Below, piece after piece: positions 1 to 8,388 of a stretch of DNA of 64,000 bases. A model generated the notes under the pieces. That model did not search any database and was not told the origin of the DNA. It saw nothing but the letters and a program-made list of their open reading frames with translations. Made by a program: the position numbers and the translations under genes. This stretch comes from Prosthecobacter sp. (lineage in GTDB: Bacteria > Verrucomicrobiota > Verrucomicrobiia > Verrucomicrobiales > Verrucomicrobiaceae): contig NZ_JBIIKX010000019.1 of assembly GCF_044232965.1 (NCBI RefSeq), positions 15,337 through 79,336 on the forward strand, written 5' to 3'. The stretch's first letter is position 1, and each line of letters starts with the position of its first letter.

Positions 1-334
1 GCCGGACCTGCGGCTGCCTGAGTAAATCACTTTCGACCAAGCGCACTTGAGCCTTCTCCAAGCTCATCGCGGGTCGCGTGGCAAACTGCACATCTTCCAA
101 AGACACCCAAACCAACTGCGGCACCCGCTCACGACCGCTCGCAGGCGGCGCATTCGCCGGTTCGGCAGGCGCTGAAGGCTCCGCGCAGCCGCATGCGCTC
201 ATTTCCGCTGCTGCCAGCGCGGCGCAGCAACTCATGCCGCAGTCCGCTGGCTCATCGACTCGCCGCATCGCCTGCACAGGCCATGCCTGCGCCAGCAGCG
301 CGAGGAGGAGGGTGATGGAGTGAAGCAGAGTCAT
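1..334 (-). CDS. Exported Cys-rich protein, 5' part only (gene continues past the left window edge)
   Basis: Own translation of the minus strand from the ATG at 332-334 gives MTLLHSITLLLALLAQAWPVQA (signal-peptide-like), then DCGMSCCAALAAAEMSACGCAEP and a Pro/Ala-rich stretch. It runs 111 codons with no stop down to base 2. It is missing from the ORF track because it is open-ended. It lies on the same strand as the rcnA-like gene, 142 nt downstream. Confidence 0.45.
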   Translation of the reverse strand, partial: MTLLHSITLLLALLAQAWPVQAMRRVDEPADCGMSCCAALAAAEMSACGCAEPSAPAEPANAPPASGRERVPQLVWVSLEDVQFATRPAMSLEKAQVRLVESDLLRQPQVR

Positions 335-432
335 GAGTTCATCAATGCAGACGCATCGTGTGATGAATGATTACGCCAAAAATTCCCTCAGGGCCTCTCC
401 TTTCTTGCTCTCGTCCGGCTGGCGCTTGCCTG

Positions 433-460
433 GCCCGCCAGCGATCACTCGCTGGCGGGC
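433..460 (-). other. Perfect 12-bp GC-rich stem-loop about 15 nt 3' of the rcnA stop
   Basis: The plus strand reads GCCCGCCAGCGA-tcac-TCGCTGGCGGGC. No U-tract follows on the minus (coding) strand, so it is not a canonical intrinsic terminator. It may be an RNA stability or processing element. Confidence 0.4.
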
Positions 461-475
461 TTTGCATTCGCTTCA

Positions 476-1816
476 TCAATGGCTGTGCGGATGCGCCAGC
501 CCCTGCCAGCCCTGCCACGTCATGAAGGCGGAAAGCAGCAACAGCAGGACGCAGGAAATGTAAGGTGCGCGGCGCATCCATTCACCGAAGCCGCTGAACC
601 GCTGGTGAGCCTTCTGAACGCTCCAGGCGGCGATGACACCGACGATGACCATCGTGAGCGCGAGGCCGAAACTGAACGCGGCGACGAGGGTGAAGCCGAG
701 CGCGACTTTTTTCACCTGGAGGCACACAAGCAAGATGGTGAACGCCGCAGGGCAGGGCATGAGACCGCCGGTGATTCCAAAGAGCACGATCTGCGGTGTG
801 GTGACGGCGCGGTTGGCAAAGCGCTTCGCGATGTCCTGCGCATGGGCGCGCTCATGCGCGTCCTGATACTCCACGCCGTCATCTTCCGGTTCCTCGACGG
901 CGACTGGCTTATGATGGTGATGATCCTCCGTGAAACGCAGGCGGTAGGTATGCGCGTGGTCGCTGTGGCCGAGACTGATGATGGCGAGGAATTCATGCGG
1001 CTCCGGTAGCTCGTTGGTGGCTTCCCAAAAGGTGTCTCTGGCTTCAAAGATGAATTTTTGCGTGCGGCCGTCGAGGCGGGCGGTTTCGATGCCGAGCTGC
1101 GTGCCTTTGGGCAGCGACACGGTGTCACCGGAGGCTTTGCAGGGATAGATGCGGAAGCGTGGCGGCACGCCGTCTTCAAAAATGCAGACCTCCAGCCAGC
1201 CGTGCCCGGTGTCGAGCAGCATGCCGCCGTGCGGCCCTTGCTTGGCGCTGCGTGAAGGTGTGGCGGCTGCTGCGGCCATGCCTGCGGGCAGGATGAGGCC
1301 GCTCTGCGTCATGGTTTCACCCGTGAGCAAGCGCGGCGTGGTGGCGTGTGAGTGTGAATGTGCCTGCCAGTGATCAGGCTCATCGGCCTTGGCTGCGGCT
1401 TCTGGCGCGGCGTGCTCATGCGAGTGGCCATGGTCGTGAACTTCGCGATGATCATGCGCATGGGCTTCCGCGACCTCGCGGCGTGTCCGCAGAAACATCC
1501 ACACCGCCAGCGCGAGGATCATCGCGGCGGAGGCGAGGTGAAAGTAAGGCTCCGTGTGCTCCACATTCCACTGGCCGCCGTAATGCAAGGCCAGTCCGGC
1601 GAGCAGCCAGATGAGCAACGAATGAGAGATGGCTGCCGACAGGCCGAGCAGCACCGCCTGCCAGACGGTGCCGCGCACGGCGATGATGAAAGCGGCCATC
1701 ATCGTCTTCGAGTGGCCCGGCTCCATGCCGTGCAGCGCGCCGAGTAGAATGGCGATGGGAACGTAGAGCCACACATGGGCGCTGCCGCTTTGGATGAGCT
1801 GGTTGATGTCGGTCAT
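476..1816 (-). CDS. rcnA: Nickel/cobalt efflux permease, RcnA/NicO family, with a long insertion in the His-rich loop
   Basis: The protein has MTDINQLIQSGSAHVWLYVPIAILLGALHGMEPGHSKTMMAAFIIA at the N-terminus. The C-terminal half has EYQDAHERAHAQDIAKRF...GGLMPCPAAF. Both are colinear with E. coli RcnA as I recall it. I prefer the start at the ATG at 1814-1816 over the track start at 1864, which would translate through a hairpin. Confidence 0.88.
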   Translation of the reverse strand: MTDINQLIQSGSAHVWLYVPIAILLGALHGMEPGHSKTMMAAFIIAVRGTVWQAVLLGLSAAISHSLLIWLLAGLALHYGGQWNVEHTEPYFHLASAAMILALAVWMFLRTRREVAEAHAHDHREVHDHGHSHEHAAPEAAAKADEPDHWQAHSHSHATTPRLLTGETMTQSGLILPAGMAAAAATPSRSAKQGPHGGMLLDTGHGWLEVCIFEDGVPPRFRIYPCKASGDTVSLPKGTQLGIETARLDGRTQKFIFEARDTFWEATNELPEPHEFLAIISLGHSDHAHTYRLRFTEDHHHHKPVAVEEPEDDGVEYQDAHERAHAQDIAKRFANRAVTTPQIVLFGITGGLMPCPAAFTILLVCLQVKKVALGFTLVAAFSFGLALTMVIVGVIAAWSVQKAHQRFSGFGEWMRRAPYISCVLLLLLSAFMTWQGWQGLAHPHSH

Positions 1817-1834
1817 GGCGGGATGAGCTAAAGC

Positions 1835-1859
1835 CCAGCGTCGCAAGATGCGACGCTGG
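1835..1859 (-). other. 10-bp stem-loop between the small secreted-protein gene and rcnA
   Basis: CCAGCGTCGC-aagat-GCGACGCTGG lies in the 60-nt gap between the stop at 1877 and the preferred rcnA start at 1816. Confidence 0.4.
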
Positions 1860-1876
1860 AACAAGCAAGGCTGGAG

Positions 1877-2314
1877 TTATTTCTTCTCGTTGGCCTTTTT
1901 ACACTCACACAGCCACTCGGCCTTTTTGCACTCATCGCAGGTGGCCGTGTTGTATTCCAAGCGGGCGGTGATTGCCTTGGCCTTGGGCGATTCCTTGTAT
2001 TGTAGAATGAGCCACTCGCCGGCTTTGACCAATGGCACGACAAATCCCTCGGCATCCTTTTCCACGTTGAGCTTGACGGGCTTGTCGCGTTCGCCGGTGA
2101 TGGCGGTGAGTGTTTGCTCGGCCATGGCGACGGGTTTCATATCCTTGTCGAGCAGGGCGATGTGAAACTTGTCGCCTTTGGCTGTGACTTCGCCGTGCAT
2201 GGTTTCGTTTTTGCTGAATTCAAGGATGCGGCCCTTGTTGGGGCCAAGCTCGATGCCTTCATGCGCGAAGCTGAGGGATGCGATGAGGGAGAACAGGATG
2301 AGTTTGGTTTTCAT
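1877..2314 (-). CDS. Small secreted protein with a C-terminal Cys cluster (putative periplasmic metal-handling accessory)
   Basis: It has a signal peptide MKTKLILFSLIASLSFA and a C-terminal CDECKKAEWLCECKK. Its ATG overlaps the RND pump stop (ATGA at 2311-2314). Confidence 0.65.
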   Translation of the reverse strand: MKTKLILFSLIASLSFAHEGIELGPNKGRILEFSKNETMHGEVTAKGDKFHIALLDKDMKPVAMAEQTLTAITGERDKPVKLNVEKDAEGFVVPLVKAGEWLILQYKESPKAKAITARLEYNTATCDECKKAEWLCECKKANEKK

Positions 2315-5300
2315 GATGTGGGTTGGATGTATTTGAGCGCGGCCTGGCGGCCAAAGAGATAAAAGACGGCGGGTGTGATCATCAGGTCGAGCAGCGTGCT
2401 GCTGACGAGGCCGCCGACGATGACGACGGCCACGGGATGCAGGATTTCCTTGCCCGGCTCATGCGCGGCCAGCAGCAGCGGGATCAGCGCGATGCCCGCG
2501 CACAGAGCTGTCATCAAAACGGGCACCAGCCGCTCCAGAGTGCCACGCACGATCATCTCACGGCTGAAGGGCTCGCCTTCGTGCTTCATGAGGTGCAGGT
2601 AATGACTGATCATCATGATGCCATTGCGGGCCGCCACGCCGCCAACGGCGATGAAGCCGACGATGGTGGCGATGCTGATGTTATCGATGAGCCCCCAGGT
2701 CAGCGCGAGGCCGCCCATGAGGGCGAGTGGGATGTTCAGCATGACCTGCAAGGCTAGCGACAGGCTGCGGAAGTATCCGAAGAGCAAAACGGTCACCGCG
2801 AGCAGCACGAGGACGAAGTAAAAGGCGATGCGCTTCGCCGCGGCCTGCTGCGCCTGGAATTCGCCCTCAAAACGCAGGAAATAGCCTTCCGGCAGCTTCA
2901 CCTGCTCACGCACGGCGCTTTCCCACTGGTTCACGAGGCTTTCAAGATCACGCACGCCCGTGTTGGCCGCGATGACGATTCGCCGCTGGGTGTTTTCACG
3001 GTTGATGACATTCGGCCCCTTGCCTTCGCGGATGTCCGCGATGAGCCGCAAGGGAATGCGCTGGCCTCGATCTGTCTCGACGAGCAGTTCGCCGATCTTT
3101 TCCGGCGAATCACGCCAGCTTGCCGGCAGGCGCAACACCAGATCGACCGTACGCTGGCCTTCGCGCAGTTCCGCCACGGTTTTACCGCCGAGCAGCGTCG
3201 AGACTTGTTCATTGAGTGTTCCAGGCTGCACCCCGTATGCGACGGCGCGCTCACGGTTTACTTCAATCTTAATCTGCGGGATCGGCACCTGCGCCTCCAG
3301 GTTCACATCGGTCAGTCCGGGGATCGTTTTGGCGATGTCTCGCACCTTCTCGCCTTTTTCCCTCAGCACGGCCAGATCAGGGCCGAAGATCTTCACGGCA
3401 ATCTTTGCCGATACACCGCTGAGCATGTGCGAAAGACGGTGGCTGATGGGCTGCCCGACGTTGAGGAAGGTGCCGGGGATCGTCTTCAATTGCGTGCGGA
3501 TCTCCGCAAAGACGACCTCACGCGGTCGGCCCGTGTCGTGAAACTCGACGTCGAATTCGTTCACGCTCACCGGCATGACGTGATCGTCTTTTTCGGCGCG
3601 TCCGGCACGTCGTCCGATGCTTTTTACCTCAGGAATGGATTTCAGCAACCGTACGCCGACCTCGCCGATCTCATTCGAATGCGCCAGCGAGGTTCCTGGT
3701 GCGCTGGCGAGCGAAATGGTGGCGCTGCCTTCATTGAACGTGGGGAGGAATTCTTTGCCCATCATCGGGTAGAGCATGAGCGAGGCGAACAGCAGCATGC
3801 CTGCGAGCGCGATGACGAGCACCGGCGCGCCGAGCGCGAAGCGCAGAAAAGTTTGGCGCACGAGGAACTTCATGCCCCGCACGATGAACCCGTCGCCGTG
3901 ACCGCCAGGGGCCGGCTTGAGCAGCAAGGAGCACAAAACGGGGATCACCGTGAGCGAAACGACAAACGACGCCGCCATGCTGGTGATCGTGGCGATGGCA
4001 ATCGGCGTGAAAAGCCGGCCTTCGATCCCTTCCAGTCCGAGCAGCGGCAGAAACACCAGGATGACGAGCACGGTGGCGTAGAGAATGGAGTTTCGAACTT
4101 CACTGGATGCAGCGGCGATGACCTCGATTGCTGACTGGGACGGGCTTTCACGCAAACGCCGCCACACGTTCTCCACGTCCACAATCGCATCGTCCACTAC
4201 CATGCCGATGGCCACCGCCAGCCCGCCGAGCGTCATGGAGTTTACACTGACGCCGAAGAGCTTGAAGATCAGAATCGTGACGGCAAACGACAGCGGCATG
4301 GCCATGAGCGTGATGGCCGTGGTGCGGAAGTTCAGCAGGAACAGGAACAGAATGATCGCGACCATGATCGCGCCGTCGCGGATGGCCTCCTTGAGATTGC
4401 CGATGGCATGATCAATGAAATCGCCCTGGCGAAACAGGATCTCTGCGGTCACACCGACTGGGAGGGAGGGGTTTAGCTCCTGCAATGCGTCTTCGACCTG
4501 CTGGGTGAGCTTCAGGGTGTCAAACCCCGGCGCTTTGTCGATGCTGAGCACCACGCCCATCGTGCCGTTCACGCTGGCATCACCGCGCATCGGCTGAATG
4601 CCTGCCTTCACCTCGGCCACGTCGCTGATGAGCACCGGACGATCCCCGACCGTCTTGATGACGGTGTGGGCGATGTCTTCCAGGCGTGTCGTCATGCCCA
4701 GATTGCGCACCATGATCTCACGCGGCCCTGCTTGCAGATAACCGCTCGTCGCATTGCCCGCCGCACGGCTGGTCGCGGCCTCGACTTCTTCAAAAGTGAC
4801 GCCGAAGGCCGCGAGACGATTGGGATTGGGCTGCACTTGGATCTGTTTCACGCCTCCACCGATGGTGAGCACCTCCGCCACACCGCTGATGCTCTGCAAG
4901 CGCCGTTTGATCGTCCAATCCGCCAGCGTGCGCAAATCCACGGGCAAAACCTTGCCATCATGACTGCGTAGGCCGACGAGCAGGATCTCGCCCATGAGCG
5001 ATGACACCGGCGTCAGGCCAGATTTAACGCCCGCAGGCAGCGCAACGGCCTGCATGCGCTCCTGCACGAGCTGTCGTGCCCGGTAGATGTCCGTGCCCCA
5101 GCCGAACTCGGCGAACACCAGCGAAAGGCCGACATCGGAGTTCGAACGCAGCCGGTCCAGCCCGCCGACACCCTGCACCGCGCTTTCAATCGGCTGTGTG
5201 ATCAGTGTTTCGACCTCTTCCGGTGCCAGGCCAGGTGCCTCGGTCAGAATCGTCACCGTGGGCTTCGTCATATCCGGCAACACTTCCACCGGCAGGCGCG

Positions 5301-5394
5301 TGAGCGTTTGCAAACCAAACACCAGCACGATCAACGCCGTCATCAAAATGAGCGGGCGGTGATGCAGCGAGAAGCGAATGAGATGATTCAGCAT
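2311..5394 (-). CDS. CusA/CzcA-family heavy-metal efflux RND transporter
   Basis: The product is 1027 aa with 12-TM RND architecture. The N-terminus LIRFSLHHRPLILMTALIVLVFG...LPVEVLPDMTKPTVTILTEAPGLAPEEVE is typical of HME-RND pumps. Confidence 0.95.
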   Translation of the reverse strand: MLNHLIRFSLHHRPLILMTALIVLVFGLQTLTRLPVEVLPDMTKPTVTILTEAPGLAPEEVETLITQPIESAVQGVGGLDRLRSNSDVGLSLVFAEFGWGTDIYRARQLVQERMQAVALPAGVKSGLTPVSSLMGEILLVGLRSHDGKVLPVDLRTLADWTIKRRLQSISGVAEVLTIGGGVKQIQVQPNPNRLAAFGVTFEEVEAATSRAAGNATSGYLQAGPREIMVRNLGMTTRLEDIAHTVIKTVGDRPVLISDVAEVKAGIQPMRGDASVNGTMGVVLSIDKAPGFDTLKLTQQVEDALQELNPSLPVGVTAEILFRQGDFIDHAIGNLKEAIRDGAIMVAIILFLFLLNFRTTAITLMAMPLSFAVTILIFKLFGVSVNSMTLGGLAVAIGMVVDDAIVDVENVWRRLRESPSQSAIEVIAAASSEVRNSILYATVLVILVFLPLLGLEGIEGRLFTPIAIATITSMAASFVVSLTVIPVLCSLLLKPAPGGHGDGFIVRGMKFLVRQTFLRFALGAPVLVIALAGMLLFASLMLYPMMGKEFLPTFNEGSATISLASAPGTSLAHSNEIGEVGVRLLKSIPEVKSIGRRAGRAEKDDHVMPVSVNEFDVEFHDTGRPREVVFAEIRTQLKTIPGTFLNVGQPISHRLSHMLSGVSAKIAVKIFGPDLAVLREKGEKVRDIAKTIPGLTDVNLEAQVPIPQIKIEVNRERAVAYGVQPGTLNEQVSTLLGGKTVAELREGQRTVDLVLRLPASWRDSPEKIGELLVETDRGQRIPLRLIADIREGKGPNVINRENTQRRIVIAANTGVRDLESLVNQWESAVREQVKLPEGYFLRFEGEFQAQQAAAKRIAFYFVLVLLAVTVLLFGYFRSLSLALQVMLNIPLALMGGLALTWGLIDNISIATIVGFIAVGGVAARNGIMMISHYLHLMKHEGEPFSREMIVRGTLERLVPVLMTALCAGIALIPLLLAAHEPGKEILHPVAVVIVGGLVSSTLLDLMITPAVFYLFGRQAALKYIQPTS

Positions 5395-5398
5395 GAGG

Positions 5399-6508
5399 CT
5401 ACGCGGCAGCGGGTTTGCGGATCATCACGAGAGTCAGAATCAGCAGCGCGAGCAAAAAGCCGCTCGTTCCGGCAAAGAAGATCGTGAGCATGTTCCAGGG
5501 CGAATGTTCGTGATGGTCATCATTCTCATGACCGGAGGCGGCGAGTTGTTCCTTGGTCATCTCCGTGCCGTCTTCGTTGTGGGCATGGCCGTGGGCGGCG
5601 TCCATGGCCTCCTTGAGGCTGACACTGCCTTTGCCGGCAAAAGCGAGCGCGTAGGCACCGCGAGTCACGACTTCATCTCCCGGGAACAGTCCTTTGACGA
5701 CTTCAACGAAACGGTCGTTCTGCGCACCGAGCACGACGGGCACTTTGACGAACGCGTTCTTCAAGTCGTAGTCCTTGATGTAAACAAACCGCTCGGCGGC
5801 ATCTCCCTGCACGGCGGAACGCGGGATGGACATCACATTTTCACGCTGGCTGACCACGAGGCTGAACTCGGCCTTCATGCCGGGCCGCAGCAGTCTGTCG
5901 GGGTTCGGCACATGGAAGGCGGCTTCGAGAGTGCCTGTGTTTTCATCGGCCACGGCGGCGATGTGGGCGAGCTTGGCCTCGAAGACGTGATCTGGCAGCG
6001 CATTGACGCGGATGTGGGCCTTGACGCCCGGCTTCAATTTTCCAGCGAGGTGCTGCGGCACGCTGGCAGTGGCCTCCACAGTGCTGAGATCGATGATTTC
6101 GATGAGTTCGGCATCGGGCGAGACGGGCTGGCCTTGTGCGATGTTCACCTTCGAGATCATGCCGGCGATCGGCGCGTTGAGTTTGATCACGGGTGGCGGA
6201 TCGCCAGGCTGACGGCTTTCAATCCAGGCGACCTCGGCATCGGCATCGACCTCCTGATGCGGAATGACGAGCACGGAGAACGCACGACCAAGGATGCGGC
6301 TGCTGACGATGGCTTTCTTGCCGGGCAGCACCTCAATGTGACCGAGGGAGAAGATGGTTTCTTCAAACGTAGTCTCCTCAGCCTCGGCAAAATCGAGCTG
6401 AAGGTTCGTCACGGCGGCTTCTTCGAGAATGACGGTGTTTTGCGCGCGATTGGCATCCGCGGCGAGCAACGGCAAGGCGCAGATGAGAATGAGGGCGATG
6501 TGTTTCAT
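5399..6508 (-). CDS. Efflux RND periplasmic adaptor (membrane fusion protein, CzcB/CusB-like) with a His-rich, TM-anchored C-terminal tail
   Basis: It has a signal peptide MKHIALILICALPLLAA and an HlyD-like barrel-sandwich core. The tail reads HGHAHNEDG...HENDDHHEH, followed by the hydrophobic stretch LTIFFAGTSGFLLALLILTLVMI. Its start overlaps the upstream OMF stop in an ATGA. Confidence 0.9.
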   Translation of the reverse strand: MKHIALILICALPLLAADANRAQNTVILEEAAVTNLQLDFAEAEETTFEETIFSLGHIEVLPGKKAIVSSRILGRAFSVLVIPHQEVDADAEVAWIESRQPGDPPPVIKLNAPIAGMISKVNIAQGQPVSPDAELIEIIDLSTVEATASVPQHLAGKLKPGVKAHIRVNALPDHVFEAKLAHIAAVADENTGTLEAAFHVPNPDRLLRPGMKAEFSLVVSQRENVMSIPRSAVQGDAAERFVYIKDYDLKNAFVKVPVVLGAQNDRFVEVVKGLFPGDEVVTRGAYALAFAGKGSVSLKEAMDAAHGHAHNEDGTEMTKEQLAASGHENDDHHEHSPWNMLTIFFAGTSGFLLALLILTLVMIRKPAAA

Positions 6509-7710
6509 GGCTTGATGGCTCCGGTGGCGGCTTCGTAGCGAATTCGGGCGAGGTGGAAGTCCCGCACGGCGTCCAGGGCGGCGGCTTCGAGTTGCAGGCG
6601 TTGATCGCGGGCGCGGAGAACAGTAAGGAGATCGGTCTGGCCGCTCTCATAGGCCTTTTCGAGCTTATGCGTTTGTTCGATGACGAGCGGCAGCAACTTG
6701 TCGCGCGTTTCGCGGGCCAGATCGGCATTCGCCTGCATCTCGCGGCGAGCAGTGTCGGTCTCGCTGGCGATTTGTGTGCCGAGCGCCTCGGCTTCGAGCC
6801 GTTGGCGCTCAGCGGCGGCCTTCTTCTCGGCGATCTCGCCCTGGTTGCGATTCCAGAAGGGCAGCGGGATGGAAATGCGGAAACCGACGAAGCCGGTGTT
6901 CTCGCGATTACCCGCCGGTTGGTCCTGACCTTCACGCGAGGCGAAGAAACCGGCGCTGACATCTTGAACGCGTTTTGAATGAGCGAGCGCGGCGTCGGTG
7001 TCTGCGGCGCTGGTTTTGGTTTGAGCGAGTTGGTAGTCTGTCCGCTGCTGCCATGGCGTGATGCCCGGCATCGTGAGCGCGGGAAGATCGCCGCTGATGA
7101 TGCAGGATTCGGCAGGAGACACGCCGAGCATGGGCTTCAAGGCTCCGAGCAGGCTGATGACCTCCGTTTCGAGGCGGAGGGCTTCGAGCAGAAGACGTTG
7201 CGTATCCACCTGGGCCTGCGCGGCATCGAATGGCGAGAGTTCGCCTTTCTCGGCGCGGCTTTTGGCGAACTCGGAGAGTTTTTGAGCAAGCGCGGTCTGC
7301 TGCTGGCGAAGGGAGCGTTGCTTTTCGAGCGCGACGATCTTGATCGCGTGGCCTCGTGCCTCGGCAATGAGGCGGCGCTCGACATCCCGCACTTCGAGTT
7401 CAGCCGCAGTGACGAGCTGGGAGGTGAGTTGCTTTTCGAGGCGGAGCCGTTTCGTGATGGGGAACGACTGATCAATGGCAAAAACGGTCGTCCGCGGACT
7501 GACACGGCTTTCATTCTGAAAACTGGTCTCCAGCGTCGGATTGGCCAGCCTGCCGCTGCCGAGCTGGCGTCCGCGTGCTTCTTCGATGGTGAGGCGTGCG
7601 GCTTTGAGCATGGGATGATGAGTGCGCACACGAGTGGCGATGCCGGAGAGTGAAAACTCCGCCGCGAAGCCGAACGTGGGCAGACTGAGGAATAAAAGAA
7701 GGCGAAACAT
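6505..7710 (-). CDS. TolC-family outer membrane efflux protein (CzcC-like)
   Basis: The product is 401 aa with signal peptide MFRLLLFLSLPTFGFAA and coiled-coil-rich, repeated OEP-type sequence. It is first in the OMF-MFP-RND order. Confidence 0.9.
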   Translation of the reverse strand: MFRLLLFLSLPTFGFAAEFSLSGIATRVRTHHPMLKAARLTIEEARGRQLGSGRLANPTLETSFQNESRVSPRTTVFAIDQSFPITKRLRLEKQLTSQLVTAAELEVRDVERRLIAEARGHAIKIVALEKQRSLRQQQTALAQKLSEFAKSRAEKGELSPFDAAQAQVDTQRLLLEALRLETEVISLLGALKPMLGVSPAESCIISGDLPALTMPGITPWQQRTDYQLAQTKTSAADTDAALAHSKRVQDVSAGFFASREGQDQPAGNRENTGFVGFRISIPLPFWNRNQGEIAEKKAAAERQRLEAEALGTQIASETDTARREMQANADLARETRDKLLPLVIEQTHKLEKAYESGQTDLLTVLRARDQRLQLEAAALDAVRDFHLARIRYEAATGAIKP

Positions 7711-7814
7711 GCGAATGAACGGGTTGAGATTGGAGACCGGCGGACATGGCGATGCGCCATGCGGGTGAATGCATCAGCAGGGCCGGAAATCGTGTCCGGC
7801 GCTGAGCGTTCCTC

Positions 7815-8249
7815 TCAAATTCTCAACGCAATCGTCTGTGACAATCGGTGCGGCCAGTCTGGCGGCTTGCCACTGCGGCGTGAAGCATCCTGTGGCAGGA
7901 AATAATAGCGGGGAGTGATGTCCCAGATGATCTCAGCGGCCACGGCGAGGGCCGGCGCTGTGAAATCGACGGCGAGCGAATTCTGCTGCTTGGCGAGGAG
8001 GGAGTCGATGACCGCCGGCAGCGGATGCGTGTCGCCATCCGTCTCATCATGGTCATGAGGGAGGTTGTGATCGTCGTGATCATGCTCCGCCGTGGAATGC
8101 GGCCCGTGGCAGTGATCCACCTGGGTGATGTGCTCGCCCTCGCAATGATCACACAGCCAGCCGCGATGCAGGCCAAAGGTCTGAGCCCAGCCGATCGCGA
8201 GAAGCGCGATGAGGCCGAGGGTGAGACGTTGGGTGCGCGTGAAGGTCAT
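7815..8249 (-). CDS. Small exported His/Cys-rich protein upstream of the efflux genes
   Basis: An internal ATG at 8247-8249 gives MTFTRTQRLTLGLIALLAIGWAQTFG (signal-like). This is followed by CDHCEGEHITQVDHCHGPHSTAEHDHDDHNLPHDHDETDGDTH. The longer track ORF (to 8591) runs through rpsU in another frame. Confidence 0.6.
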   Translation of the reverse strand: MTFTRTQRLTLGLIALLAIGWAQTFGLHRGWLCDHCEGEHITQVDHCHGPHSTAEHDHDDHNLPHDHDETDGDTHPLPAVIDSLLAKQQNSLAVDFTAPALAVAAEIIWDITPRYYFLPQDASRRSGKPPDWPHRLSQTIALRI

Positions 8250-8330
8250 GCTGTCAGGAAGTGAATGCGATGAAGCGCTCAAGATCAAGCGCTGTCTTAC
8301 AGACGCGCGGGCTGGCCACAAATTCCGAAA

Positions 8331-8364
8331 AATAAAAAGGGCGGGGATGAGCCCGCCCTTTTTG
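8331..8364 (-). terminator. Rho-independent terminator after rpsU (A/T-flanked, potentially bidirectional)
   Basis: The stem GGGCGGG-gatgag-CCCGCCC is flanked by an A-run on the plus strand, which is a U-run on the minus-strand transcript. It sits 25 nt downstream of the rpsU stop. Confidence 0.75.
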
Positions 8365-8388
8365 AAGGATGCTTTTCCCAGGCCGAAA

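Noticed and set aside
1817-1864. Upstream start codon for rcnA at 1864
   Set aside because: It would translate through a perfect 10-bp hairpin (giving QRRILRRWAL). The ATG at 1816 reproduces the N-terminus of E. coli RcnA (MTE/D...).
5393-6538. 381-aa plus-strand ORF (also 8696-9721, 20338-21315, 35635-36786, 54679-55839, 56054-57106, 58673-59641 and 60041-61102)
   Set aside because: Each lies opposite a gene with clear family motifs (MFP, purA, SDR, corA, the two Gfo/Idh/MocA genes, HAD hydrolase, SNF2). All have Gly/Asp/Arg/Ala-biased shadow-ORF composition.
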